From a virus: a DNA stretch of 64,000 nt. Position numbers and translations under genes: made by a program. Below the pieces are notes generated by a model. That model searched no databases and was not told the DNA's origin. It saw nothing but the letters and a program-made list of their open reading frames with translations. Of the stretch, positions 1 through 10,250 are shown piece by piece. Location: positions 1 through 64,000 of the IMG/VR virus record IMGVR_UViG_3300018080_005856, one strand, 5' to 3'. The first letter of the stretch is position 1. Each line of letters begins with the position of its first letter.

Positions 1-450
1 GTCAAGAATGTTATACAGCTCATACATGATGAAAGGTTATACGCTATTCTTGCCGAAAGATCCTTGGAAAGAGCCAGAGATCTATATTCTGTTGATAAAA
101 TGATCACAGCATGGAGCACTCTATTTAAACAAGTAGTTACAGAACCAAGGGCAAAGAAACAATGGAGCAGCAACAAAACTATAGTAAGAGGTTTCGATGT
201 GTTCTTGGAATCAATAGGAAAACACAGTAGGTTGTTTAGTGACATTGATAATGATGCATGCTATACCATTAGTAAAGTACTTAGGGTAACAAACACAATA
301 CCAAGCTGCTGGTCCGGGACTAATAAAGGTACTCCTGGGCATTATATGAACCATTATGCTAATAACTATAGTTTAAGAGATCAAAAGTTAGAGAGTTGTG
401 TAAACCAAATTAAGGAGCGAGAAGAGAAAAGCAATGAGAAACCCTATTGA
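1..450 (+). CDS. Glycosyltransferase (GT-B/GT4-like), C-terminal part, 5'-truncated by the window
   Basis: The frame is open from base 1. VIQLIHDERLYAILAERSLERARDLYSVDKMITAW matches the typical GT4 C-terminal helix pattern. First gene of a sugar cluster. Confidence 0.6.
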   Translation, partial: VKNVIQLIHDERLYAILAERSLERARDLYSVDKMITAWSTLFKQVVTEPRAKKQWSSNKTIVRGFDVFLESIGKHSRLFSDIDNDACYTISKVLRVTNTIPSCWSGTNKGTPGHYMNHYANNYSLRDQKLESCVNQIKEREEKSNEKPY

Positions 451-1186
451 TGTCTATATTCAAGAAGCCGAACAGAGGTCAAAATCATATCCCAAAGATA
501 AAGAACTGATGGAAGCTGCCAATGAGTTCAGGATACACACATGCAGAGTAATGTATTCCTATAATCTTACATGGGCAGGAGTTCCTATAATCCAAACTCC
601 GTGGGATATCCAGGCATTTCAGGAACTGGTATGGAAAGTAAAACCAGAGGTTATAATAGAAACAGGAATAGCCTTCGGCGGGTCTCTAATGTTGAGTTCC
701 ACAATGCTGGGACTTCTAGAAGATTGTAGTATTATAACGGAAGGAGTAGTGGTTGGAATAGATATAGATATAAGGGAACACAATAGGATAGCTATAGAGA
801 ATCATCCACTTTCCAAACGTATACATATGATGGAGGGGTCCAGTACTGATCAATCCATATTATCTGAGGTGTCTGATATTGCAAGCGGTAAGAAGACTCT
901 AGTATGCCTGGATAGTAATCATACACATGAACATGTGCTAGAAGAACTAAAATTATACACTCCACTAGTCAGTAAAGAGAGTTACTGCATTGTATATGAT
1001 ACAGGTATTGCTGAAATTCCTGAAGATAAATTACGCCCAAGAGAATGGAATAGACACCGGAACCCAAAGAGTGCGGTGAATGAGTTTCTAACAACTACTT
1101 CTGAGTTTGAAATAGACAGCTCTTTCGATGAGAAATATCTGATCCCGGCCGCTACTGGAGGGTACCTAAGGAGAACCCATGAGTAG
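434..1186 (+). CDS. CmcI (cephalosporin hydroxylase)-family SAM-dependent sugar O-methyltransferase
   Basis: Family motifs YSYNLTWAGVPIIQ, KPEVIIETGIAFGGS, EGSS, LDSNHTHEHVLEEL, YCIVYDT, NPKSAV. Confidence 0.85.
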   Translation: MRNPIDVYIQEAEQRSKSYPKDKELMEAANEFRIHTCRVMYSYNLTWAGVPIIQTPWDIQAFQELVWKVKPEVIIETGIAFGGSLMLSSTMLGLLEDCSIITEGVVVGIDIDIREHNRIAIENHPLSKRIHMMEGSSTDQSILSEVSDIASGKKTLVCLDSNHTHEHVLEELKLYTPLVSKESYCIVYDTGIAEIPEDKLRPREWNRHRNPKSAVNEFLTTTSEFEIDSSFDEKYLIPAATGGYLRRTHE

Positions 1187-1958
1187 GAAATACATTATAG
1201 GAATAACTGCCCTAGATAGGGCACCGAACGAGAACTACATTGAGAACACTCTAAATAATCTTGAACAGTCTGGCGTGTTCCATTCCGACGTGCCTCATGA
1301 GGTCCATATCTTTGATTCAGGAAGCCATAGCTTAGATTACATACCAAAAGCATATGACCTAGAGATACATTCTCCGTTACAAAGCGAGGTAGATAAGATA
1401 AGGGAGATATACAACGATCCTGAGAGAAATCAAATAACCCTGAGACAGAATATGGTTTGCATGGCCGACTATTTCTCCAAAAGCGATGCTGACTTCGCAA
1501 TAATGATGGAGGATGACATAGAAACATGTGGAAGCTTCCTAGAGAGCGTAGATTTGTGGGTAGATAGGAATTTCAAACCACAAAAGGATAAGCTCATGCC
1601 AGTGGTGTCGTTCTTCACCCCTCGTGTTGGAGTACGGGCAGCATTCAGGTCTGGACAATCAGTATGGAGATATCCAGCCCATAAGTATTACGGTAGACAA
1701 TGTACTATGGTTAGAAAGGAGGATTGTGCATCTATAGCAGACTGGTTCATACAATTCTTTAAAGGAAAGAGTGGTGGTCATGATCTGGTATTACAGGGAT
1801 GGATGTTGAATAAATTCAGTAGAAGAACTCATCTATACTCATCTGCTCCGTGTTTTGCACAGCATATAGGGAGGTACTCTTCCTTTGTAGATAGAAAGAA
1901 GACAAGGATAAAGCCAATATCTCATAGTTATCAAGGAAGAGAGTGGAGGTATATTTGA
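1179..1958 (+). CDS. Putative GT-A glycosyltransferase
   Basis: IGITALDR N-terminus, MMEDD DxD-like motif, QHIG near the C-terminus, cluster context. Confidence 0.6.
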   Translation: MSRKYIIGITALDRAPNENYIENTLNNLEQSGVFHSDVPHEVHIFDSGSHSLDYIPKAYDLEIHSPLQSEVDKIREIYNDPERNQITLRQNMVCMADYFSKSDADFAIMMEDDIETCGSFLESVDLWVDRNFKPQKDKLMPVVSFFTPRVGVRAAFRSGQSVWRYPAHKYYGRQCTMVRKEDCASIADWFIQFFKGKSGGHDLVLQGWMLNKFSRRTHLYSSAPCFAQHIGRYSSFVDRKKTRIKPISHSYQGREWRYI

Positions 1959-2716
1959 TGGGTCAAAACCTAGAAAGAGTAGCAATATGTACTAACGTTA
2001 GGGATACAGCTGAGAAATGCGCAAAGATTTTGTATTCTTCTCTAATAGAATCAGAATATCCTGATCTGCTCACATTGAGTATAGGGTTTTGGTCTGCTTC
2101 TGCCAAAAGGAAGTTCTTACACACAGTAGAGGAATTATCGGCTCAGAAGGGTGAAGGCATTTTACCATCAATCGTAACATCAGTAGTAGATCAGAAAGCA
2201 AGAAACTCTTGCTATTATAATGCTGCGATAGCGAATAATCTTGCAGTGTATGCTACATCAGAATCCATTATATTTTGCCCAGGTGCGGATCATATATTAC
2301 CAAAGAATATAGTCCAGTTATGCAATAAGATCATTTCTGATGGGAAAGTATGGATCCCTCTAGCTTACAGTTTACATAAAGATAAACCTGCTGTTATATC
2401 TGGGGATAACAACGGTCCTAACTCGGGAGCAAACGGATGGTGGAAGAAAGCAGGCTTTGCTCCAGTGGGTATAACTCGGAACGACTATATCAGGATAGGT
2501 GGATGTAATGAACACTTCTCCGAATATGGGGGAGGAGATAACGATATGTTTGCTCGTATAGTAGATGCAGATATAGAGGTATACCAAAGCAGATGTGATG
2601 GCCTATTTCATACTTGGCATGAGCAGGACAAACAATGGAGAGCTAAGAAGAATAGAGGTTGGGGGGATGCTATAAGGAGATCCAAAACCAGAAGGCATAT
2701 GATAAAGGCCATATAG
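1958..2716 (+). CDS. Putative glycosyltransferase (GT2/GT7-C-like)
   Basis: IGGCNEHFSEYGGGDNDMFAR and LFHTWH resemble the GT7 C-terminal motif. The ATG at 1958 has a GGAGGT RBS. Confidence 0.65.
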   Translation: MGQNLERVAICTNVRDTAEKCAKILYSSLIESEYPDLLTLSIGFWSASAKRKFLHTVEELSAQKGEGILPSIVTSVVDQKARNSCYYNAAIANNLAVYATSESIIFCPGADHILPKNIVQLCNKIISDGKVWIPLAYSLHKDKPAVISGDNNGPNSGANGWWKKAGFAPVGITRNDYIRIGGCNEHFSEYGGGDNDMFARIVDADIEVYQSRCDGLFHTWHEQDKQWRAKKNRGWGDAIRRSKTRRHMIKAI

Positions 2717-2726
2717 GAACATATCA

Positions 2727-3512
2727 GTGATGAACAAGAACAACGTAAAGACTGTAATACTGGCCGGGGGAGGAGGGACAAGGTTAGGAGAACTAACTCA
2801 AACTATTCCAAAACCTATGGTAGAGATTGGGAATCGTCCCATTATATGGCACATAATGAGAACGTATTCCAACTATGGGTTCAGTAGATTCGAGATTTGC
2901 TGTGGGTATAAGGGACATATAATCAAGGAGTATTTTCACAACTATAAAGTAAACACTACTGATTTCACGGTATACACCAAGTACAACTATACTAGCTACT
3001 GTGATTCTTCAGACACTGACTGGACAGTATCTCTGACAGATACTGGGGAAGATACCATGACAGGTGGTAGACTACTTCGCATAAAACAGAAGATATCTGA
3101 TACCTTTATGATGACATATGGCGATGGACTATCTGATATTAATATAGCAGAGTTGCTTGAGTTCCACAAATCACACGGCAAGATAGCCACTGTCACTGCT
3201 GTAAACCCCCCAGGGAGATTTGGTGTTTTGGAGATAGAAAAGGATAAGTCAGTCAGTGCGTTCATAGAGAAACCAAATGACAATCATTGGATAAATGGAG
3301 GGTTCTTTGTTCTAGAACCAGGGGTATTTGATTATATAGACAAAGGAGATTCTACTATATTCGAGCACAATCCTTTGAGAAGACTTGCGGAAGACGGGCA
3401 GCTAAAGGCCTTTAAACACGAAGGGTTTTGGAAACCAATGGATACAATGAAAGACAAGGGGGAGTTACAGTTGCTATGGGAATCGGGAGAGGCACCATGG
3501 AAAGTTTGGTAA
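2727..3512 (+). CDS. rfbF: Glucose-1-phosphate cytidylyltransferase
   Basis: VILAGGGGTRL, PKPMVEIG, DTGEDTMTGGRL, TYGDG, WINGGFFV, GFWKPMDT, APWKVW. Confidence 0.95.
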   Translation: MMNKNNVKTVILAGGGGTRLGELTQTIPKPMVEIGNRPIIWHIMRTYSNYGFSRFEICCGYKGHIIKEYFHNYKVNTTDFTVYTKYNYTSYCDSSDTDWTVSLTDTGEDTMTGGRLLRIKQKISDTFMMTYGDGLSDINIAELLEFHKSHGKIATVTAVNPPGRFGVLEIEKDKSVSAFIEKPNDNHWINGGFFVLEPGVFDYIDKGDSTIFEHNPLRRLAEDGQLKAFKHEGFWKPMDTMKDKGELQLLWESGEAPWKVW

Positions 3513-4549
3513 ACAGTTTTAAGGGTAAGAAGGTACTCATAACCGGACATACTGGGTTCAAAGGTTCATGGCTAGCCATGTGGTTATTTATGATGGGAGC
3601 CGAGGTAGTTGGATACTCCCTCGAACCAAACACAAGACCAAGCCACTATGAACTCTTACAGTTACCATCTATAATGCGTTCTATTATGGGGGACGTAAGA
3701 GATTTCAGACAACTGTACACTGTTATAGCTGTGGAAAGACCAGACATTGTCTTCCATCTGGCTGCAGAACCGCTTGTAAGAGATGCAATTGATAACCCAA
3801 GAAACACGTTCAGTACTAATATGATGGGTACAGTAAACATATTAGACGCATGCAGGTTAATATACCCGGTTCCACAGGCTATTATAATAGTTACATCAGA
3901 TAAGACGTATCTTAATAAAGAATGGCACTGGGGATATAGAGAGACAGATGAGCTCGGAGGGAAAGATCCGTACGGAGCATCAAAAGGGTGTGCCGATATT
4001 ATAACAGCATCATTCAGAGATACATTCTATGACGGAAAGACTGTTGCATCTGTAAGGGCCGGTAATGTTATCGGCGGGGGAGACTGGTCAAAACACAGGC
4101 TACTTCCTGATATAATGAAGGCAAAGTTTACCAGAGAGCGTATAAACATACACAACCCTGACCATACTCGTCCATGGCAACACGTCTTGGATTGCGTATA
4201 TGGATACCTAATATTAGCACATAGAATATGCTCTGGAGAAGACGACAAGGCTAAGGCCTGGAACTTTGGCCCATCATACTCTAAGCCGTGTACGGTAAGA
4301 GAGATACTGGGCATGACCGGGGGTAAAACCAGCAATATATCTGTGTCCGAAAAGGCCAACAGCAAGGAGAACAGGTTGTTGAGATTGGACAGCTCCATGG
4401 CCAACTCAGAGTTGTCATGGGATTGTTTTTACAATACAGGGGAGGCAGTTGATATCACAACTAAATGGTATAAGAACTACTACGAAAATGGTGATATCAT
4501 TACTGCGGAACAGATAAAGGACTATGTGACACTTAGGTCATTTGAGTAA
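3497..4549 (+). CDS. rfbG: CDP-glucose 4,6-dehydratase
   Basis: KKVLITGHTGFKGSWL, TSDK, DPYGASK (YxxxK), RAGNVIGGGDW, RPWQHVLD. Start moved to the ATG at 3497, which has an RBS. Confidence 0.95.
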   Translation: MESLVNSFKGKKVLITGHTGFKGSWLAMWLFMMGAEVVGYSLEPNTRPSHYELLQLPSIMRSIMGDVRDFRQLYTVIAVERPDIVFHLAAEPLVRDAIDNPRNTFSTNMMGTVNILDACRLIYPVPQAIIIVTSDKTYLNKEWHWGYRETDELGGKDPYGASKGCADIITASFRDTFYDGKTVASVRAGNVIGGGDWSKHRLLPDIMKAKFTRERINIHNPDHTRPWQHVLDCVYGYLILAHRICSGEDDKAKAWNFGPSYSKPCTVREILGMTGGKTSNISVSEKANSKENRLLRLDSSMANSELSWDCFYNTGEAVDITTKWYKNYYENGDIITAEQIKDYVTLRSFE

Positions 4550-4573
4550 ACTGTCAAAAGGGGGCACTAATTC

Positions 4574-5170
4574 GTGAAATCTTTACTTATACTTGGATTC
4601 AAGAGAAGCTTTTCATCTAAGGTCTATCAAGAGTTGTCGAGGTCCATAAAGGGGATCAAGAAGACGGATGTTAGTGATGGGGAAGTTATAAATAGGAACA
4701 AGAACCTTCCTAGAGAGTACAAATACCCACACTATGCTGTTGCTGAGGATAAGTATGTACTGCATAAGGAAATACTGGATAAGTACTCTGACGGGTATCT
4801 TATTAAAGAGGTGACACAACCCTATACAATACTACGGTACATACAGGAACATCCCGGGAAATACAATGTCATATATATGGACAGAAACCTTGACCATATA
4901 GAGTTTGCATGCAGGAGGAAGGGATGGGGGCTTCCGGTATACCCGGAACTTGTAAGAATGAGAGAAGAGCTATTAAAGGTAGTCAACGGTGTTATAGTAG
5001 TCGACAAGGCCCTTACCAACCCACACCATATATTCACAGTTGTCAGGAACCTGGGGTACGAGGCCCCCACACATGATTATATAACTCCTGAGTTCAAGAG
5101 AATGACCAGTGCTTTCATGGAAAGGTTTGAAGCTGGTAAAGCAGAACTGTATGCTAGCAGGGAAAGATAG
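4574..5170 (+). CDS. Hypothetical protein, possibly sulfotransferase/P-loop-like
   Basis: LILGFKRSFSS resembles the sulfotransferase 5'-PSB motif and VIYMDRN the 3'-PB motif. Weak. Confidence 0.35.
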   Translation: MKSLLILGFKRSFSSKVYQELSRSIKGIKKTDVSDGEVINRNKNLPREYKYPHYAVAEDKYVLHKEILDKYSDGYLIKEVTQPYTILRYIQEHPGKYNVIYMDRNLDHIEFACRRKGWGLPVYPELVRMREELLKVVNGVIVVDKALTNPHHIFTVVRNLGYEAPTHDYITPEFKRMTSAFMERFEAGKAELYASRER

Positions 5171-5343
5171 TATAGTATATTAGGCTTATGATACCACAAC
5201 GCGTGAAACTTCTATTGGCCAGGGTAAAATCCATTTCTCACCCTGGTCAAAAGTTTTCCCCCTTGAAAACCAAAAGTCGTCTCACACCGAAAACTGAAAT
5301 TGGCCCTATATAGGGTTTATATACAATGTTGAGTAGGTGGTAG

Positions 5344-5649
5344 TTAGCTGGACGATTGATAGTCACGAAGTGAGGCGAATATCTTATGACGCACTATATC
5401 AGTAAATACTTCCTTACTATTTGATAGTTTTGCCCATCCTTGAAAATACCAATCGCCTTCCTCATCTACTGACTCTATTATACCCAGTAGTGTACCGGTG
5501 CCCTCCGCTTCCGCTTCTACGTACGATACTATTTTACTCTCTGGCTTATAATAGTAGAGTATCATTTCCAGGGCGTCCGATATGTCCTGATCTACTGCAA
5601 ATCTTACCTCTAGACCCTTTGTACCCTTAAATACCTTATTTATTACCAT
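5344..5649 (-). CDS. Phage structural protein, BppU-like beta-sandwich
   Basis: DQDISDA...YYKP...DEEGDWYFQGWA pattern. End of the tail module. Confidence 0.45.
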   Translation of the reverse strand: MVINKVFKGTKGLEVRFAVDQDISDALEMILYYYKPESKIVSYVEAEAEGTGTLLGIIESVDEEGDWYFQGWAKLSNSKEVFTDIVRHKIFASLRDYQSSS

Positions 5650-5650
5650 A

Positions 5651-5995
5651 TTAATACTCCATGTCCTGAATTATAGTTCTACAGTGTTCTGATAGCCCGG
5701 ATTTGAAACTCAGTTTGTACCTCAGATTGCCGGATAGTTCTATCCCTATAATCATCTCAGAGAACTTCTCTATTTTGTACTCAAGTCCAGAATTGGTGTT
5801 TAACTGGTATACCATCTTTGAGAAGTACTCCAGACGCCTTCCCCTGGCCAGTATTTCCTGTACTGTAGAAAACACATCTATAAGAACAGTTAATACTGCC
5901 GGGTAAACCGTTTCACCTACTTCATATACTTGTCCATATCCCTTGGTTATGATTTTCTGACCACTTCCATATCCCTTTGTTACTATTAGGCTCAT
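5651..5995 (-). CDS. Hypothetical virion-associated protein
   Basis: Coupled in the tail operon. Duplicated I(V/I)TKGYG N-terminal motif. Confidence 0.6.
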   Translation of the reverse strand: MSLIVTKGYGSGQKIITKGYGQVYEVGETVYPAVLTVLIDVFSTVQEILARGRRLEYFSKMVYQLNTNSGLEYKIEKFSEMIIGIELSGNLRYKLSFKSGLSEHCRTIIQDMEY

Positions 5996-8900
5996 TTATA
6001 CTTTGGTCCTTTCGTATGGATCTTCTGTAGTGGCAACACCATCTGCATCGGTAAGATCGTATCTGGCTACTTCGGTAATATTATCCTCATCATAGAATAT
6101 CATCTGATTCGTAGTAGTGTCTATTTTCCACCTTCCTGCTGTCATTTGTCTGAGGAAAGCTACGTTCGTGGATATAGTCCCTACTGTATTTGATACATCT
6201 GATATTTCACCACTTAGGGTAGCTATATCAGAGGATAATTCAGCTCTGGTAGGTGGATCATAGGCTGCTAAAGCGTCGGCAGCGTGTCCCTCTACATTAG
6301 CTTCTATAGCCAGGGCACTAACGTCAGCTTTCCAATCATCCTTACCAGTATAACTATCTAACGCATCATGCAGGTCAGCATCATTTACAGTGATTTCTCC
6401 ACTAGGTTCCCAGGACCCTGCACCATGTGTACCTGATAACTGTGAATCTATATCAGCTGCAGATGGAAGCGCCTGTATCTCTGAATATAAGTCAAAGTTC
6501 GACTCTCTAGTAATAGTTACAGCTCCTCCAGAATTGTCAGTTATTGTGAAGTTTCCTGCCAGACCTATTGTTCCACCAGTACAATTCGCATTTATAGTTA
6601 CTTCACCATGGCCATCTATATGTACAATGTCATCTCCACTCTGGCCCATGTTTTGGAACTCAATGCTCCCTGCCCAGTGTTTCATGTCCAGGTAAGTACT
6701 GCCAACTGCGGCACCAAAGTCTATTACTGGAGGCACAACATCGCTGGCTGCACTGAAGCAACCCTCCAGGATATAGAATGAAGCACTAAGAAGAGTTATA
6801 TCTCCCATTATTGCACATCTACCCATCCCACAACTTTCAAGGGATGAGTCAAACATCTTGCAGTCCATAAACCTGGCGTTGGTGCCAGTAGCCTCTCCGC
6901 TTATTGCAGGACCTTCAAAGTACGTGTATGCTATGCTCTGTCCATTTAGATCTATAGATGACTCAGGGCCATAGAAGGAGAACTCATCTGCAGAGTCATC
7001 AAGAGTAATGCTTGTTGCACCTGCCAGGTTAAATGAGTGCAGGTCAATATTGTCTGATATAGACATAGCATCTGCCCAAGTAGTAACAGGATTATCAGCC
7101 ACACCATTTATAAATGTAGTGGTACCGCTTGTACCATTCGTAGCATCTATCCATATCCTTCCTAAAGCATATCCTACGCTTCTATTAACTACAGCATAGC
7201 TTACATATATCTGGTCAACATAAAGTGCCGCTGCGGCATCCAGAGATGCATTGTAGAATCTCACTCTGACCTTTCCCTCATTAGCGCCGGTTCCGACATG
7301 ACTTGTAAATAGAGTGAAGGTATCGCTTCTATCAGCTGTGTTTATAACCCCAGCTATAGTACCTATCTGGGTCCATGATGCCCCTGTCCAGTTGTATGCA
7401 TATACAGTTATACTATTTCCAGCTGGTGGTGATTCTTGCAACCTCCCGGTCCACGTCACTGATGTGGGAACACCATCACCCCCGACAGTAAACTCATAGT
7501 ATAGTTCTATAGTGGTTGGACTAGCACCCGGAGTATCTATTCTGTGATATGTTCCGTCAAGGGCCGCCGTAGATGTATAACTATTTGTCTCAGTCCCAGT
7601 GGTGACTACAGCACTAGTGGCTGAAGTATTTATTGCAGCCCCTGTAATAGCTAAAGCATCAAGCTGGGACTGTTTTGCTGGGGCGTTTGGATCAGTATAT
7701 CCAGTACCATCGTACGTATCTTCGAAGTTTGTTACTGGGGTTACATTGTTGTTTATCCTGACAAGATTAACATCTATGGGCTCTACTAACTCGTCTATAA
7801 TATAGCCGGCAGTCCCTTCAGTTTCGTACTGACTCATATCCTGGTTGAATATGTTATAGGGAAGCAAGTGATTATCTAAAGTATCCACTGACCCAGAGTT
7901 TGTTAATGTTCCAATACCACCAACGTGAACTATTCCTCCAGAACAGGTGACATCCAGGTATGTATCACCTCCTGTTCCTGTTCTATACAATCTCTTACCT
8001 GTGGACAGCCCGCTTATCTGTACGTTCCCCTCTATTCCGGCCATCGTGAGAAGACTAGCACCATTGACATCTATGGTAACATCATCTACTCCAGACATGA
8101 GACCACCAAGGAACCCTACTACTTCTCCGTCAGCTAAGCTGTAATCTCCCTGCATAGCACAATCAAGAAAGTATCCATCCAGATCGGTTATACTCCACAT
8201 GTTACAGTTTATGGCATTTATCTTTCCATTACATACTCCACTAAGAGTACACATTTCAAACATGGTTTCATCAACGTCCTGCCCATTCAAGTTGACAATA
8301 CACTCGTTAGCTCCAGCCATTCCTATGAACTTCCATGCTGCGTATTCCTGATCTAGAGATATTGCCCCCTTAAATGTAATTGATGACAGCCCCCATGTGT
8401 CAGCTATAGTTCTTGCATCTGAAATATTACTGACTGGCTGGAATGGTGTACCGGTTGGATAGGTGGTACCGGCTGTCCCACTATCAGCATCCAACCATAC
8501 ATTTGAGTTGAACGCAGTCATAGCAATTGTGTGACCGGCCGTACCAGCTGTGGTGTACTGAGATATACTCTCATTATATACAGAGTATGGTACTAGATAA
8601 TTATAGTTTATAAACCCAGCACCGCTATTGTCTGTGAGTATTCCATTACCTACAAAGAATCCTATTCCTGCCAGTACAGAAGATTCTAGGGTAAACATAC
8701 CATCTCCTATTACGGAGATTATCCCCCCAAGCATGTTCCTGAAGGAAAGATTGCCGTTGAATCTTCCCATACCCACAAGTTGTGCGCCGTTCTGACAGTC
8801 AATAACTGAATCAAGACCACCAGCCATACAATCTGTACTATACACACTTGTGGCAGTAGGATCCAAGGTACAGGTACCTGCGAAGTTACTGTTAACGAAC

Positions 8901-10249
8901 GCCCCATTCAAGTTCTCTACTTCATCCAACCAGCATAAATCTGTTCGTATTGTACCGTTGCAGGTACCCTGCAGAGTACTGTTCTCAAAGAAACAATTCT
9001 CCACCGGTTGACCATTAAGATCTATAACGCTTGAGTTTATATTTGTTGCCGTGAAACTATATCCTGAGAAATCTCCTGACAGTGTAATTTCTCCATACAC
9101 TGAGAACTTCTCTATGTCATTTGCCTCCGCTATGGTTTTCGCGTCAGCCAGAGTCCTAGTAGGTTTGAACGGGGTACCTATTGGAAAAGCTGTTCCAACT
9201 TCTCCACTTATTGTATCAATGTATACGCATTCTCCAAATGCCCCCAACCTTTGTATCTGTCCTGCTGATCCTTCAACAACATACTGGCTTAGGTCCTCAT
9301 CAAATACAGCATAAGGTAGCATTTTATCAGTTAGGGACGTTACACCAGTATACCCTTTTGTAACAGTGCCTATTCCACCAAAGTAGAATATCCCAGCGGT
9401 TATAGAATCTGCCATAGTTATGATAGATCTACCAGTAATGGCACAGTATGATGTGGGATTTGTCATGTTTGCAAGTACAATTACTCCATCAAATTCCCCA
9501 AAACCAATACTCCCTGTTCCATTGAAGTCTATAGTTATTGGAGAGATACCTTGGGATGATGAGTCCCTCAGCATTATTGACTCGCCATCTGCAATACTGA
9601 AGGATCCCTCTATAGAGCAGTCATATCCATTTATGGAAGCATCTGTAATATTTGTCAACCAGCAGTCATTAGCAGTGAACCTATATCCCCCACAGTCTCC
9701 ACTAATAGTAAAGTTATGGAATGTACAGTTCTCTATGTCAGTACCAGCAAGAGTCAAAGCGGATGTAGTATGGTTATCCGTCTCAAACACATATCCGGGA
9801 CAATCTCCGCTCATAGTGAGATCCCCTAGTATATGTATTCTGTTTGACTTTATTCTTTCTGCAATAGTTATAGCATCATTCAAGTTATCAACTGGGTCAT
9901 AGGACGTACCAATGGGGTATCCTGTACCAGGAGAACCATTCTCTGTATCTATTGTAATCTTACCATTGTATACAGATCTTGACTCGTTCCATTCGAATTC
10001 TCCAGGGACTGGAGTATTTATAGTTCCTGTAAATAGATATGCATAAGAATGCTGGCCAGACTCCGGCTTATTTACAAGGTCAACTGTGTATCTATACAAA
10101 CCTGTTGCATCTATCTCGGTAGCGGAATCATTATTGAGGGCTACAGGGCTCCCATCAGATTTGTCATACAGGGTTACAGTTACAGTATCCCCTGTCTCTA
10201 GGGATTCAAGTAATATAGCATCATCTGCTAGGTCAAAGTTATAGGCCAT
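5996..10249 (-). CDS. Large tail-fibre/virion protein (1417 aa) with four internal repeats
   Basis: Four copies of (I/L)D...G..GT.(Y/F)P.GT...PV.....A..IA, each followed by beta-helix-like sequence. Acidic and Gly/Thr-rich. Confidence 0.7.
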   Translation of the reverse strand: MAYNFDLADDAILLESLETGDTVTVTLYDKSDGSPVALNNDSATEIDATGLYRYTVDLVNKPESGQHSYAYLFTGTINTPVPGEFEWNESRSVYNGKITIDTENGSPGTGYPIGTSYDPVDNLNDAITIAERIKSNRIHILGDLTMSGDCPGYVFETDNHTTSALTLAGTDIENCTFHNFTISGDCGGYRFTANDCWLTNITDASINGYDCSIEGSFSIADGESIMLRDSSSQGISPITIDFNGTGSIGFGEFDGVIVLANMTNPTSYCAITGRSIITMADSITAGIFYFGGIGTVTKGYTGVTSLTDKMLPYAVFDEDLSQYVVEGSAGQIQRLGAFGECVYIDTISGEVGTAFPIGTPFKPTRTLADAKTIAEANDIEKFSVYGEITLSGDFSGYSFTATNINSSVIDLNGQPVENCFFENSTLQGTCNGTIRTDLCWLDEVENLNGAFVNSNFAGTCTLDPTATSVYSTDCMAGGLDSVIDCQNGAQLVGMGRFNGNLSFRNMLGGIISVIGDGMFTLESSVLAGIGFFVGNGILTDNSGAGFINYNYLVPYSVYNESISQYTTAGTAGHTIAMTAFNSNVWLDADSGTAGTTYPTGTPFQPVSNISDARTIADTWGLSSITFKGAISLDQEYAAWKFIGMAGANECIVNLNGQDVDETMFEMCTLSGVCNGKINAINCNMWSITDLDGYFLDCAMQGDYSLADGEVVGFLGGLMSGVDDVTIDVNGASLLTMAGIEGNVQISGLSTGKRLYRTGTGGDTYLDVTCSGGIVHVGGIGTLTNSGSVDTLDNHLLPYNIFNQDMSQYETEGTAGYIIDELVEPIDVNLVRINNNVTPVTNFEDTYDGTGYTDPNAPAKQSQLDALAITGAAINTSATSAVVTTGTETNSYTSTAALDGTYHRIDTPGASPTTIELYYEFTVGGDGVPTSVTWTGRLQESPPAGNSITVYAYNWTGASWTQIGTIAGVINTADRSDTFTLFTSHVGTGANEGKVRVRFYNASLDAAAALYVDQIYVSYAVVNRSVGYALGRIWIDATNGTSGTTTFINGVADNPVTTWADAMSISDNIDLHSFNLAGATSITLDDSADEFSFYGPESSIDLNGQSIAYTYFEGPAISGEATGTNARFMDCKMFDSSLESCGMGRCAIMGDITLLSASFYILEGCFSAASDVVPPVIDFGAAVGSTYLDMKHWAGSIEFQNMGQSGDDIVHIDGHGEVTINANCTGGTIGLAGNFTITDNSGGAVTITRESNFDLYSEIQALPSAADIDSQLSGTHGAGSWEPSGEITVNDADLHDALDSYTGKDDWKADVSALAIEANVEGHAADALAAYDPPTRAELSSDIATLSGEISDVSNTVGTISTNVAFLRQMTAGRWKIDTTTNQMIFYDEDNITEVARYDLTDADGVATTEDPYERTKV

Positions 10250-10250
10250 T

